The notes beneath the pieces were generated by a model. It saw only the letters and a program-made list of their open reading frames with translations, ran no database searches and was not told the DNA's origin. Position numbers and translations under genes: made by a program. Shown piece after piece: positions 39,135 to 52,305 of a DNA stretch of 64,000 nt (positions are counted from its first letter, which is position 1; each line of letters starts with the position of its first letter). The stretch is from Mobula hypostoma. Lineage: Eukaryota. The stretch is taken from NCBI RefSeq assembly GCF_963921235.1, contig NC_086108.1:85004001-85068000 (forward strand). Direction: 5' to 3'.

Positions 39135-40297
39135 CTGGTATCAAGGACCTCAATACCTCCCTGTGCAACTGGATCCTTAACTTCCTCACTTGCAGACCCA
39201 ATCAGTTCGAATTGGCAACAACATCTCCATCAGCACAGGTGCACCACAAGGCTGTGTGTTTAGCCCCATGTTCTACATGCTTTACACATATGACTGCATG
39301 GCTAAGCACAGCTCCAATGCATTATTCAAGTTTGCTGATGACACCACTGTTGTGGGCCAAATTTAAAGTGGTGGCAAATCAGCACATTGGAGGGATATTG
39401 AAAATCTGATTTGAGTGGTGCCTGAACAACAAACTCGCACTCAATGTCAGCAAGACCAAGAAGCCAATATTCACTTCAGGATGAGAAAACCAGAGGTGCA
39501 TGAGCTGGTCCTCGTCAGAGGATCAGAGGTCAGCAACTTTAAATTCCTCGATGTTACGATTTTGAAGGACCTGTCCTGGGCTGAGCAAGTGCAATTACCA
39601 AGGAAGCACAGGAGCACCTCCACTTCCTCAGGAGTTTGCGAAGATTCAGCATGACATCTAAAACTGTAACAAACCTCTGTATATGTACAGTGAGAGTATA
39701 TCAACTGGCTGCATCACAGCCTGGTATGGAAACTCCAACACCCTTAAACAGAAAATCCTACAAAAAGAAAAGAATAGTGCCCAGTCCATCCTGGGTAAAA
39801 CTTTCCCCAACATTGAGAACATCTACATGGAGATTTATCATAGGAAAGCAGCATCCATCTTCAGGGAACCGCAACCCCCATCCCCCCCACCAGCCAGATC
39901 ATGCTCTCTTCTCACTGCTGCCATCAGGAAGGTACAGGATCTTAAGAACATTAACCACAAGGTTCAGGAACAATTATTACAGTCCAACCACCAGGCTCCT
40001 GAACCAGAGGGGATAACTTCACTCAACTTCATCTGCCCCATCACTGAATGTTCCCACAATCCATGGACTCACTTTCAAGGACCCGTCACCTCATGTTCTC
40101 GATATTTATTGTTTGTTTATTTATTATCATTTATTCCTTTTTTGTATTTGCACAGTTTGTCTTTTGCTCTCTGGTTGAATGCGGTCTTGCATGGTTTCTG
40201 TTATAGTTATATGGATTTATTGAGCATATCGGCAAGATAATGAATCTCCGGGTTATATATGGTGAAGTGTGTACTTTGATAATAAATTTACTCTGAA
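39135..40297 (+). mobile_element. Rex1/Babar-type LINE, RT to 3' end
   Basis: SLCNWILNFLT, GAPQGCVFSP, KFADDTTVVG and ESISTGCITAWYGNS remnants; tail aataaatttactctgaa. Confidence 0.88.
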
Positions 40298-40455
40298 AGA
40301 CAGGTTTTAATTATTTTCTGGATAGTGAAACAAAAGATAAAACATATGCAAAGACTCCTGTGGCACTGCTTCATGGGAGCTTAAGGATTGCTTATTTCAA
40401 ACTATGCAAAGTACAAAATTATATCAGAATTAATGGTTTACAGTTAATAGTCTAA

Positions 40456-41113
40456 GGCTACGTCCACACTAGACTGGATAATTTTGAAAATGCCGGTTTC
40501 ACGTAAAAACGATAGGCGTCCACACCAGGCGTTTTTAAAAATACCTCCATCCACACTAAAACAGGTATTTGGGCAAATCTCCTCCTACTGGGCATGCGCA
40601 GGACATATCTACAGAAAACAGGCGAAGAGGAAACGGTATACTATTTCCATTTCCACAGCGGCGTTGTGCTATTTCCATTGGTCAAAAACTAGAGTACCTA
40701 CAACAACAGCAAAAGAAAGATTTCAACAATGTCTTCCAGGAATACAAAGAAAACCTCTGCTGGAAAAAGCAGACCGGACTTCTTCGTTTGGATAGACAAT
40801 GAAGTCGAGCTGCTTCTGCGAGTTACAAACATTGTTGTTGTGGTGTTGCAGGTTGCGTTCAAGAAAACAATGAAATGCCGCGCTGCCGCCACCATCTGTT
40901 CCGGCACGTCATGACAGCATTTTTAAAAGGCTCCAGTTACCCCATACATATTACACAGCTCAACTGGCGTTTTCAGATTTACACACTCTGGAGAGTGTTT
41001 TAGAAAAGCTCCGTTTTCGGGGGAGGAAAATGCCATTTCAGTGTGAACGGAGGGTCAAAACGAAGAGAAAAAGCTTCGGTTATGGATTTATCTGGTCTAG
41101 TGTGGACGTAGCC
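40456..41113 (+). mobile_element. PIF/Harbinger non-autonomous element with Myb/SANT remnant
   Basis: TIRs ggctacgtccacactagac / gtctagtgtggacgtagcc; TWA flanks (taa/tta); ORF 40729 contains FFVWIDNEVELLL. Confidence 0.85.
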
Positions 41114-42189
41114 TTAATTTCATTTTCCGAGAGCATGGCTTATAATCAAATTAGCCTCAAATTTTGCTCCTATATGAATATTTTGTATAAAAAGCATACA
41201 TCATGGGCTTTGATTACTTAGAGAGGTAATAAATTAGCTAAGTATTAGTTCATTTTAATTCAAAATTGCTTTGAATCCAAAATGAAGAAATTTATGTTAC
41301 CTGATATTCAGCCTTGAAAGTTCACTGTACTTTAGTGATTAGCTGCTTCATTTTGGCTTCCTCTTAGTTCTTTCTCCAGATTGTTAAGAGTAAGAATACA
41401 AAATTTTATTAAACTCATTGTCCAGCCAATGCTGACTGAAGTGTTTGCATTACAAAAAAAGACTATGTGAAAACTGAAAAGGGCATTCAATTGTTTCCAG
41501 GCTTTTTAATAAAATACCCTACCCAGAAATTGCCAGCAAGAATCTCATACTGAATCAAACTGATGGTGGGTTATGGCAGGTTAATACCCAATTTAAAAGC
41601 TATTATCCGTTCACCAGTTAAAAATTAAACCCGACCACCTATGAGCAGTGACCCAAGATTGTTCTCCAGAACCAAAGGAAATTAATGCAAATTGCAAGTG
41701 ACATTGTTGTCACAATTTATTGAAGTTCAATCAAAATTATGGTAAACTAAACAGAATAAAATCAATTCATCTTCAAATTTGCTGTTGAAAGCGTCAGTCT
41801 TAAAGATAAAATTTGATTTTGTTTTTCTTTGTAAACTAACTGATCAAAATCATATAGTAGACACAGTGCCTTTTTAAAACTTCTCAATCAGTAGATTGTT
41901 GCATTACTTGTCTCCATTCTTGCACAAAAGTGACAGCAAAGGAAAACGTCATAAAATTCACATGATTTTGATCCTCAATGATACAGTTTCCATAAAATAT
42001 ATGTGGGGAAAAAAGTTGCAGCCATCTGGACCTTTGAACCCGTTCTTCCATTCGTCATGAAAATGGCTGATAAATTGCTTTTATCATTTTTCTGCATCAT
42101 CCCATTTCTCTTGATTCTCTTACTATCCAGAAATCCATCCATCTCTATTTGAATTAACTCAGTGACCGAGCCTGCACAAACCTCGATCA

Positions 42190-42675
42190 TTGAACTTCAG
42201 TCATTGTGAAGAAATTTCCTAGTGCTAAATTACCTGTCCCATATTCCAAGACTGTGAACTCTGATTCTAGGTTTCTCATCTAGATGAAACATTTATGAAT
42301 CCAGCCTGTTGAGCCCTGCATGAAATTTATGTCCCAGTGAGATCGAACAGAGTACAGCACTGAATGGACCTTTCAGGCCATGTTGTTGTGCTAATATGTC
42401 GCCAACTTATACTAAATATCCTCCACCATTCTCTTCAGGTTCATGCGTCGATCTAAAACCCTCTTACGCTCCACCTTATCACCTGTTTCCACGGTTTACC
42501 CTTGGTAGCCTATTCAATGCACAAGTCAACCCTTTCTTCCAAATTCTAGAGGAAACAGACCTAGTTTACTCAGTTTCTCTTCATAAAAGCCATCTCATGA
42601 ACTTGTGCTGCTCTGTCCATGCAAGTATGTCCCTTCTTATATATGGAGTCCAAACCTGTACACAATTTTCCAAAG
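42190..42675 (-). mobile_element. Decayed CR1 C-terminal fragment
   Basis: LENCVQVWTPYIRRDILA on the minus strand. Confidence 0.65.
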
Positions 42676-42763
42676 GAAGGAGGAGTAGTAAAGAGAAAGA
42701 ACTCTTCAATGACACCTTGTTGCTGATAAAGTTACACTGCTGAAATAGGAGTATAGAGCAGTA

Positions 42764-42983
42764 ACACACATCAAAGTTGCTGGTGAACGCAGCAGGCCAG
42801 GCAGCATCTCTAGGAAGAGGTACAGTCAATGTTTCGGGCCGAGACCCTTCGTCAGGACTAACTGAAAGAAGAGCTCGTAAGAGATTTGAAAGTGGGAGGG
42901 GGAGGGGGAGCAGCAACTTTGTTCACCAGCAACCTTGTACGTTGCTTGAATTTCCAGCATCTGCAGAATCCCTCGAGTTTGCA
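42764..42983. mobile_element. Fold-back Penelope terminal fragment
   Basis: 12-bp duplication tatagagcagta (42752 and 42984); inverted aaagttgctggtgaac / caactttgttcaccagcaac. Confidence 0.8.
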
Positions 42984-43756
42984 TATAGAGCAGTATTCAG
43001 GTCACAGCAACAAAACTACCGTGAACATGCACTTTGTCTTGTTGCCAATGGCAACTTTGCCTAGAGTCACTATAAACTATTTGCAAAACAAAGAATGTTT
43101 TCAAATGAAAAATGTGACACTAATTAAGAACAACTCTTACTCAGAAGCTTTTGCATTTGTAAAATACAAAATTATGGCTCAGATTTAATAGTATTTCGAA
43201 CTCTGACAATCTCTAAACAGTTCCTACTGAGATGGAATTAAAGTTCTCAAATTAAACATTATTGCCAAAGCTCCCAGGCATGGCTGAGGTTTGAACACTC
43301 ACATAAAATTAGATCACAGTACTGTGGAAATTTACACGGATGGAAAAAGTAAGACTAATGACGTGTTACTCCAAGCAAACAATTGGTAAAGCATTACCTT
43401 TTCATTTGTACTATAAAATGTGCACAACAAAAATAAACAAACTAAAAGTGGAGCTTGTGATTTGAAAGCCTGAAGGGGTAGAGTATTGTGATCAAAACTG
43501 CAGATCACCACTACAATATGCAAAGTGCTATTATGAGTTTGGCAGCACTTTGGAAGCCTCTTTTAGCCAACGGTCTTCTGGTGATGGCCAGAATGAGGTG
43601 GAAGGGCCATCACAAACTGATGATTTTTTAAACTGTATTATCGAGAAATCTGAAATAAAATAGCAAATGCTGACTAAATTTACAGTGTTCAGGTGCCTCC
43701 AATCTTCATCAAACTGATCACACATTGAACATAGAACTGAATACCAAAATTTAAAA

Positions 43757-44130
43757 CAACACACATCAAAGTTGCTGGTGAACGCAGCAGGCCAGGCAGC
43801 ATCTCTAGGAAGAGGTACAGTCGACGTTTCGGGCCGAGACCCTTCGTCAGGACTAACTGAAAGAAGAGCTAGTAAGAGATTTGAAAGTGGGAGGGGGAGG
43901 GGGAGATCCGAAATGATAGGAGAAGACAGGAAGGGGAGGGATGGAGCCAAGAGCTGGACGGGTGATTTTCAAAAGGGATATGAGAGGATCATGGGCAGGA
44001 GGCCCAGGGAGAAAGAAAAGGGGGGAGGGGGGAGCCCAGAGGATGGGCAAGGGGTATAGTGAGAGGGACAGAGCGAGAAAAAGAGAGAAAAAGAATGTGT
44101 GTATATAAAGAAAGAATGGATGGGGTAGGA
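43757..44130 (-). mobile_element. Young Penelope-like 3' fragment
   Basis: CpG-intact terminal repeat followed by a purine-rich tract; reverse-strand counterpart of 50320-50660. Confidence 0.8.
43818..43854 (-). ncRNA. Minimal type I hammerhead ribozyme motif
   Basis: Minus: agtc CTGACGA a ggg tctcgg ccc GAAA cg TC gact; stem I agtc/gact, stem II ggg/ccc, palindromic ACGT stem III, GUC site. Confidence 0.7.
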
Positions 44131-45955
44131 GTTAAAGAATAAAACACTTGTATTAGCTTTATGAATGCAAGTATCATTTACTGTTCACTTACATCTATAC
44201 AAACATAGAAGCAGCTAAAGCATCTCAGGCAAATTCCTGTAAACAACAGTTACAGATGGAGGGACTCGTATCAGAGTGCCTGTGAAATAAATTTGCGTCC
44301 TTTCATGAAATGATCGAGTACTTTGTATTCAACTAAATGGAAAGAAGAACCTCTACAGTTCTGACTTCAGCAATTAGATAGCAGAGATGTGATAAGGATT
44401 CTCTTATCCAACTACCAGTTCCTTTTCTTCTCATTTCATCACAGATTAAACGTACACACACACACACACATACCCCCCCCCCGGAGGAACTCAGCAGGCC
44501 AGGCAGCATCCACTGAAAAGAGTAAACAGTTGATGTTTTGGGCTGAGAAATGTCGACTGTTTACTCTTGTTCACAGTTGCTGCCGAGCCTGCTAAGTTTT
44601 TCCAGCATTCTGTGTGTTGCAATTATTTACCTTCAATAACCAGCAGCTTTCACCTTTGATTCAAGTGTGACAGGCTGCCAGTTTAGTTGGGCTCCTTGGC
44701 TCCATTCTCAGTCAAATGACACTCATATCGTTTATAGTACCTTTCATCATTCCGCCAGCATTAACTTCTGTAGTTATTACTAAATTATTGAAATAATGAG
44801 GTCTGCAAAGAAGCAGTTTTGTCAGAATTCAACCAAGGGCCAGTGAACACATTCTTAGTGAGCCAGAGTAACAAAATGGTACTATTCTTGTCTCCCTTCA
44901 CCAGGTTAGCAAAGATTGAAAAGAGAATTGGCCCAGTTACATCTGTAAGATCTATAATTCTTACAATGATATGCATACCAAATAATCTCCATACTATTGG
45001 CCCATAAAACCTACAAATCCATACAGAGATTGCATACCAACATGAAGATGGAATTGGATTGGCCTCCAAAGGCCAAGCGACTTGGTTACCAGAGAAAACT
45101 AATTCATCAGCCTTTCAAAATGCTGATAAACTAAAAAAACTTTATCCATCATAATAATATCAAATAGGATGACATTCCTTTGAGAATGCAGCATGACAAT
45201 TCACTAACATGGGATTAAGTATATCACAAATGCAGCAAACAGAAATAAATTAAAATACAGACAATACAATGAAAATGTGCCAATCAAACTTCCCACAGGT
45301 GTAACCTTGGGCTAGGCAAATTTCAGTGCAAACTTTAGCAACACCCAAACTTTAGTAGACAGGGATGATCACTTTCATGAAAAGGGGACTGATTTATTAA
45401 AGTGATTGCAATTGCAAGGACAGTTTGAAATCAACTAAGGTTAAAGAGAACTGTACATGTAATATTTCCCCCTCTTACAGTGGGCATACAAATAGGTCTG
45501 CGAATTGTACTCATAGCTCATACAGAAGGGTGCACAAATGATAGTGCCAAACAGCAAATAAATGGTAAATTCTATTTATTGGAAATGAATAATAGAGCAA
45601 TATCAGAAAGCTTCACAGTATGTTTTTGTTACAAATTGCCTGAAGGAACATTCACAGGAAAACTGAGATAATGATGGTCATACAAACTCAGACCGCAAGT
45701 GCAGCAAACCAAAGTATTTTGCTATCATCAATGGCGCTTAAGATCAACTGAAAGTGTACAGTTACAACACTATAAACAATCAAATTTAAGCCTTTAAATG
45801 CAGAATAAGTGAACAAATACCCAACTAATTTTACAAAAAAAAATTAATAGAAGGTAATATTATTCCAAAGTAGGAGAGATCATGAAATAAACAGCTGCAC
45901 TAAATCATTTTGGTATAGGAAAGTGCTCAATTACCAGCTTTTTCTGCAAACGTGG

Positions 45956-46345
45956 TGAGGAATTGTATACAAAAGTAAAAGGGCTAAAACCTTACCAACT
46001 TGTTTTGCAGCTTGGCTAGTCGTGCTGTGAGAATAATGTTGCAAGATAACTAAGGAACAAAGGAGTGCTTACTGCATGAGACAGCTGCTTTGTGTAACCA
46101 CTAATCAAGGATGCCTGACAATAATTGGAGTACGCATGTGATAATGAATGTTTAACAAGCAGCCCCAGATAGTGCTTGGGGCTCACTTGATCACAGATTT
46201 TCCAGGCTCTATGAACGGGGGGCTTTGTAGTATCAACTGAGATGCAAACTTGCTAATAAACAGTATGTAATCTTAAATAAACTGTGTTTGACAATTATTC
46301 CCTTGGTTTGAACCTAAAGTCCTCTTGTAGAGCGGCAGATCGGCA
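45956..46345 (+). mobile_element. Solo LTR related to the ERV LTR at 15289-15637
   Basis: TGaggaattg...tagagcggcagatcggCA; shared blocks gctgtgagaataatgt, cttgctaataaacag, aaactgtgtttgaca; 4-bp flanks gtgg / gtag. Confidence 0.9.
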
Positions 46346-46936
46346 GTAGAATATTCCAGCAGAAACATCTCAAAGTATTTTATGTAAGCAGTATCACACC
46401 ATAGGAAAAAGAGATTGAAATACATATGGAGATACTTGAACAAATGACCAAAAATAAATGCTCCAAGAGGCTAGTATAAAGTAAAATGTTCGAAGAAACG
46501 AAGGGAGGTTGAAAGGTTCTGGATAGAAATCCAGAGCTCACAGCAACTAAATTATTATTCCCAATAGTGGGACAATAAAATTCTGGGTTCCAACAGTCCA
46601 GACTTAGAACAGGACAGAACATTTGTGCATGAGTGATTTTGAATCTATCAGCCATATGCCAGTGAAAAGAAACTGCATATGCTGGAAGTTGAAACTAAAA
46701 ACGGAAAATCCTAGAAATACTCAGGACACCCAGCAGCATCTGTGGAAAAGAAACAGTCAATGGTTCAGAAACTCATCATCAGAACTATTTAAATCATACA
46801 GCAATGTTCAGAAGAAAGCAATCTAAATAATACAAAATCCTATGAGCTTTTGTCTAAGGCAGTAACCTCCATGATTAGGATTGCATTGCTCAGAAGGAAG
46901 AGAGATCAAGATGGGAGGTGATTTTTTTTTTAAATA

Positions 46937-47837
46937 CAGTCGGCCCTCCTTATCCGCGAGGGATTGGTTTCGAGACTCCTCGCGGATACCAAAAAACGCA
47001 GATGCTCAAATCCCTTATTCAACCTGTCTCAATGCAGTGGACCTTAGGACACAGCGGAACACCAGACCTTATTTAACCCGTCTCAGTGCGGTGGGCATTA
47101 GGACCTGGCAGCGGAGCTCTGAATCTGCAGTGTTTCTGTTCATGAAAATAATCACAATCACGATTTAAAATAAAGTGGAAATAATAAAGCGATCAAAAAG
47201 AGGTGAAATGCCATCGGTCACTGGAAAAGCGTTAGGCTACAGTTGGTCAATGACTGGAACAATTTTAAAGGATAAAATGAGAAAGGCCCTGCCCAAATAA
47301 AGCTACAAGTATTACTAAGCAACGCAGTAGTTTAATTATTGGGTTTTGGGTTTTTGATCCTTCACATCAACCTGGCAAGGATGGACAGCGCGCTCGGGAG
47401 CAATCTGTCACTGGATCGAACTCGGGAACGATCTGTCACTGGATCGAACTCGGGAACTTCCGTTCCCGAGCCCGGTGCTGAAACATACATTTCTTAAGTA
47501 TTTTATATGCATAGAAGGGTAAAAATATATACTATATACTAAGACAAATGTTTGACTAACTGACGCTAAATAATACTGGATGTACCTGTTCCAACTTACT
47601 TAGTAAGAGAACTTCCGGTTTTTTTTCGATCCCAATCTACGATAATCTACGCACATCCTCCTGTATACTTTAAATCATCTCTAGATTATTTATTGCATTG
47701 TTCAGGGAATAATGACAAGAAAAAAAAAGTCTGTACAGGCTCGAACAGCAAGTGCTGGAAGAGCACTTCCAGGTTTTCTCGATTCGCGGTTGGTTGAATT
47801 CGCGCATGCGGAACTCGCGGGTAAGAAGGGCCAACTG
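46937..47837 (+). mobile_element. Tigger-type non-autonomous DNA transposon
   Basis: TA|cagtcggccctcctta ... taagaagggccaactg|TA; HTH remnant ITI*NKVEIIKRSKRGEMPSVTGKALGYS...TILKDK. Confidence 0.88.
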
Positions 47838-49020
47838 TATATTGGAATTAATAGATAATTTTACACAAGGACAATGTGGGTTCAGATTTGTCTACAGTGT
47901 TCAAAAAAAATGAGAAGATTCCTATTCTGTTCCTTCTATTAAAATTGCATGATTCTTTGCATAGAATCTGCCTTGTTCAAAAACAACAATCCAAATTCCA
48001 AGCAGAACAATAAAATGAAACTGACTGCTTGTGTCAACTGCCCTGCATGGTTGATTGACAAACATAAAAAAAGTAACTGCTTTACTAAGTAACTCTAATA
48101 CTTGACCTCAACCTTTCAGCAGCCAACAGCACAATTCCTGTGGGCTTATTGGAAATGTTGGAATTGCATAGATTTTGTTGCTTCTGATTTTTAAACACAA
48201 AACAAAATTTTTACCTTGGATAGCAAACCAAATTTTGATGCAAGTATTCAATATCCATTGCGAACTAAAACTTTAGAAGGTGCATATTAAGAACAGAAAA
48301 TGTTGGAAACATTCTGCAGTTCAAGCAAAATCTGTGAATAGAGATGCATACTACAAAATGCATTCCTGTAAAAAAGTAAAATTATTTCTTTTACAGATTG
48401 CTATTTATAAGTAAATGACATTATAATTCAGTTGATTAACTTAGGGTTGGTCCTGCAATGGCAAAAAAGTGAAGTGATATCCATTAGTTTTTCTTCAAGC
48501 TATAATTACTGATTGCTGATCGTGGCATGCTCATTTGTCAAATAAATTGTTTGCTAAATGATCTGCCAATGTATATGAAAATTGTACAATAATTTAGCTG
48601 TAAATATTTTTAACTTTGTATATGTAAATTGACGGTTCCAATACTATATAGACTTCCACTCCAGAGCCCACTGAACCTCCGGCCATGTCGATCAGGAAAG
48701 CTACAACACTGGCATCTACTTGACAAATGTGGAAAATTGCCCAGGTATCTTATTACCCACATACGCAGGGCAAATCCAATTCAGCAATAAAGACACTCCT
48801 ACATTAATTATTTGCATTATAGACTTTCATTCACTCAACCTTGTCTATGATATATTGTTTTCTTATTCACCTTATCCATCTGTGCTTTTATCTTCAGAGA
48901 CCCTTGTATATGTACAAAGCCTCTGTTCCTCATGACTCCCTGGTCCTGACCCTTCACTGTGTAACCTTATTTTTCTTCCAAAATGTATCACCTTGGATTT
49001 ATCAAGATTAAATTCCATCT

Positions 49021-50662
49021 CCGCTATTTTCTGGACAATAGACCTCACCAGTTCCCCACCTCCATCACCTTCCTCCGGTTGGCGGAACTGATACTTAACA
49101 ACTTCTTAATAACTTAATAACTTCTCTTTTGGCTCTTCCCACTTTCTTCAGACCAAGGGTGTAGCTATGGGCACCCGCAAGGGCTCCAGCTATGCCTGCC
49201 TCTTCGCTGATTATGTGGAACAGTCTGTGCTCCAAACCTATACTGGTACTGCTCCCCAACTTTTCCTTCGCTACAGTGACGACTACATTGGTGCTGCTTC
49301 CTGCACCCATGCTGAGCTCATCAATTTCATCGACTTTTCTTCAATCTTCCACCCAGCCCTCAAATTCACTTGGTCTATCTGGGACACCTCTCTCCCCTTT
49401 CTTGATCTCTCAGTCTCCATCTCTGGAGAGACTGTCTACAGACATCTTCTATAAGCCCACTGACTCTCATAACTACCTCGACTATACCTCTTCCCACCCA
49501 GCCACATGCAAAAATGCCATTCCCTATTCCTAGTTCCTCCATCTCCACTGGATCTGTACCCAGGATGAGGCTTTCTGTTCCAGGACATCTCAAATGTCCC
49601 CTTTCTTTAAGGATCATAGTTTCCCTTCTGTCGTCATCAATGATGCCCTCACCTGCATCTCCTCCATTTCCCACTCTTCGGCCCTCACCCCATCCTCCCG
49701 CCACCACAACAAGGACAGATTTCCCCTTGTCCTCACCTACCAACCCACCAGCCTCCGGATCCAGCATATTATCCTCCGCAACTTCCGCCACCTTCAACAG
49801 GACCCCACCATTAAGCACATCTTTCCCTCTCCACTTTCCACAGGGATCGGTCCCTCCGCGACTCCCTGATCCACACGTCCCTCCCCACGGATCTCCCACC
49901 CAGCACTTATCCCTGTAAGCGGAAGTGCTACACCTGTCCCTACACCTCCTCTCTTGCCACCATTCAGGGCCCCAAACAGTCCTTCCAGGTGAGGCAACAC
50001 TTCACTTCTGAGTCTGTTGGGGTCATCTACTGCATCCGATGCTCCTGGTGCAGCCTCCTCTACATCGGTGAAACCCGACGCAGATTGGGGGACCGCGTCG
50101 TCGAGCACCTCCACTCCATCCGCCACAACAGACAGGATCTCCCAGTTGCCACCCACTTCAACTCTGCTTCACATTCTCATTCAGAAATGTTCCTACATGG
50201 CCTCCTCTACTGCCATGATGAGGCTAAACTCAGGTTGGAGGAGCAACACCTTATATACCATCTGGGTAGTCTCCAGCCCCTTGGTATGAACATTAAATTC
50301 TCCAATTTCAGGTAATTCCCTCCCCCTCCCTTCTCCTATCCCAGTTTCACTCTGCTCCTCCCCCAGCTGCCTACTACCTCCCTCATGGTTCCTCCTCCTT
50401 CTACTACCCATTGTGCTTTCCCCTATTCCTTCTTTATCTTTCCTACCTATCCCCTCCCCCAACCCTTCATATTTCCCCTTACTGGTTTTTCACCTGGAAC
50501 CTACCAGCCTTCTCCTTCCCACCCTCTCCCCACCTTCTTTATAGGGCCTCTGCCCCTTCCCTCTTCAGTCCTGATGAAGGGTTCCAGCCCGAAACGTTGA
50601 CTGATCGTTTCCACGGATGCTGCCCGACCTGCTGAGTTCCTCCAGCTTGTTGTGAGTGTTGC
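49021..50662 (+). mobile_element. Penelope-like retroelement (RT plus GIY-YIG), 5'-truncated, inserted in a minus-strand CR1
   Basis: QTKGVAMGTRKGSSYACLF, LRYSDDYIG, FYKPTDSHNYL, VIYCIRC...LYIGETRRRLGDR; 12-bp duplication taaattccatct (49009 and 50663). Confidence 0.93.
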
Positions 50663-51677
50663 TAAATTCCATCTGCCATTGCTCAGACCATTTCACCAGT
50701 ACACCGAGATCACCTTGGCTTAGACTCTAATCACTTCCAATTTTCAACTCAACTGCAAGCTAATTACTCATACCTCCTATATTCACATCCATATTGTTAA
50801 TCATATGGTATACAATAGTGGTCAGAGCACCCATCCAATTACAAAAGCAATGCTCCGTCAGCCTCTGCCTCCTATTTATGTGTCAATTTTGTCAACTGGA
50901 TCCTGTGGGTTCTCACCTTTTGGATCAGTCTCCCATGTGGGACCTTGTCAGAGACCTTAATGAAGTCTCTGTAGGTTACATGATAGGCATTATCAATATC
51001 AATACACTTCGGAAACTCTTTGAAAATTCAATCAAATTGATCAGAATCTCCTTCTCACAAAGCCATGATTAATCTTTGCCTTTCCAAATGTAGATTAATA
51101 TTGCACATCAGATTTTTTTTCCAATAACTTTACCATCACTAACATTAAAACCACAATCTGTTATACCTGGCTTATCCAATCTAACATGGTCAACATCAAA
51201 ATATTCCTTTAGGTTGTCCAACTTACCCATAGATAATTTCAATTTTAAGCATAAAAGAATTATTTTCATATCACTCCTGTAAACTATTAAGCACAAGTAG
51301 AAATTCCTCAAATTCAGAATAACTATGCATGGAAATACTCAATCTGACCTTCACACAGATAGTATATGGTTATATATATATGGTTGGTTTTATATATATA
51401 TATAAAAAATATGAACTTTGATAATAAACTTACTTTGAACTTTGACATACTTTAGCAGGAATCCTCAAAATATTCTGATTTTTGATCTCAGATATTAGGT
51501 TGAAGCCTGTTGTATAAAAGTTTTGGTGACAATGGTAGTGGAAGAATATCATAGTACAAAGTTCCCTCAGATGTTTTCTCTATTCATATCTTCCTTCACC
51601 TGCCATTTCCCTTATTACACAGCAACTTGTTTGACTGTAATGCATTCTACTTTTGCCATTTAGGCAGTAAAACTAGT

Positions 51678-52305
51678 TCCCCTCCACCACCACCCCACCT
51701 CCTCCATCTGGCAAAACTGGTTCTCACCCTCAACAATTTTTCCTTCAGCTCCTCCCGCTTTCTCCAGACTCGAAGGGTAGTCATAGGAACCCTGCATGGG
51801 CCCCAACTCTGTCTGCCTTTTTGTTGGCTACGCAGAACAGTCCATGTTCAAAGCCTTCCTCAAATGCATGTTCAAATGCTCCCAACCCTCAGAGTGGAGG
51901 AGCAACGTCTGTATTCCATCTAGGTAGCCTCCAAACTAATAACGTGAATATCGATTTTTCCTTCACTTAAAATAAAATTTCCTCTCCACTTCTTCTATTC
52001 CCCACTCTCACCTGCCTATCACCTCCACTTGGGTCCCCCTCCTCTCCTATCAGAGTCCTTCTTCTCCAATCCTTTACACTTTCCACATACTTGACTTCAC
52101 CCATCACCTTCTAGCTAGCCTCCTTTTCCCTCCTCCCCCCCACCATTCTGGCATCTTCCCCCTTCATTTCCAATCCAGAAGAAGAGTGTCAGCTCAAAAG
52201 GTTGACTGTTTATTCACTTCCATAGATGCCGCCTGACCTGCTGTGCTCCTCTAGTATCATGTGTGTGTTGCTTCTGATTTCTAGCATCTGTAGAATTTGT
52301 GTTTA
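51678..52305 (+). mobile_element. Internally deleted Penelope-like fragment
   Basis: LAKLVLTLNNFSF..FLQTR joined to LRVEEQRL, then the terminal repeat. Confidence 0.8.

Noticed and set aside
41301..41400. Possible minus-strand exon with donor cag|gtaaca
   Set aside because: All three frames have stops and no clear acceptor was found; a UTR exon cannot be excluded without RNA data
44630..45150. Coding-looking stretch with 94-aa and 62-aa ORFs
   Set aside because: No recognisable product or consistent splice signals
49375..50156. Overlapping minus-strand ORFs of 174 and 120 aa
   Set aside because: Antisense frames of the Penelope element
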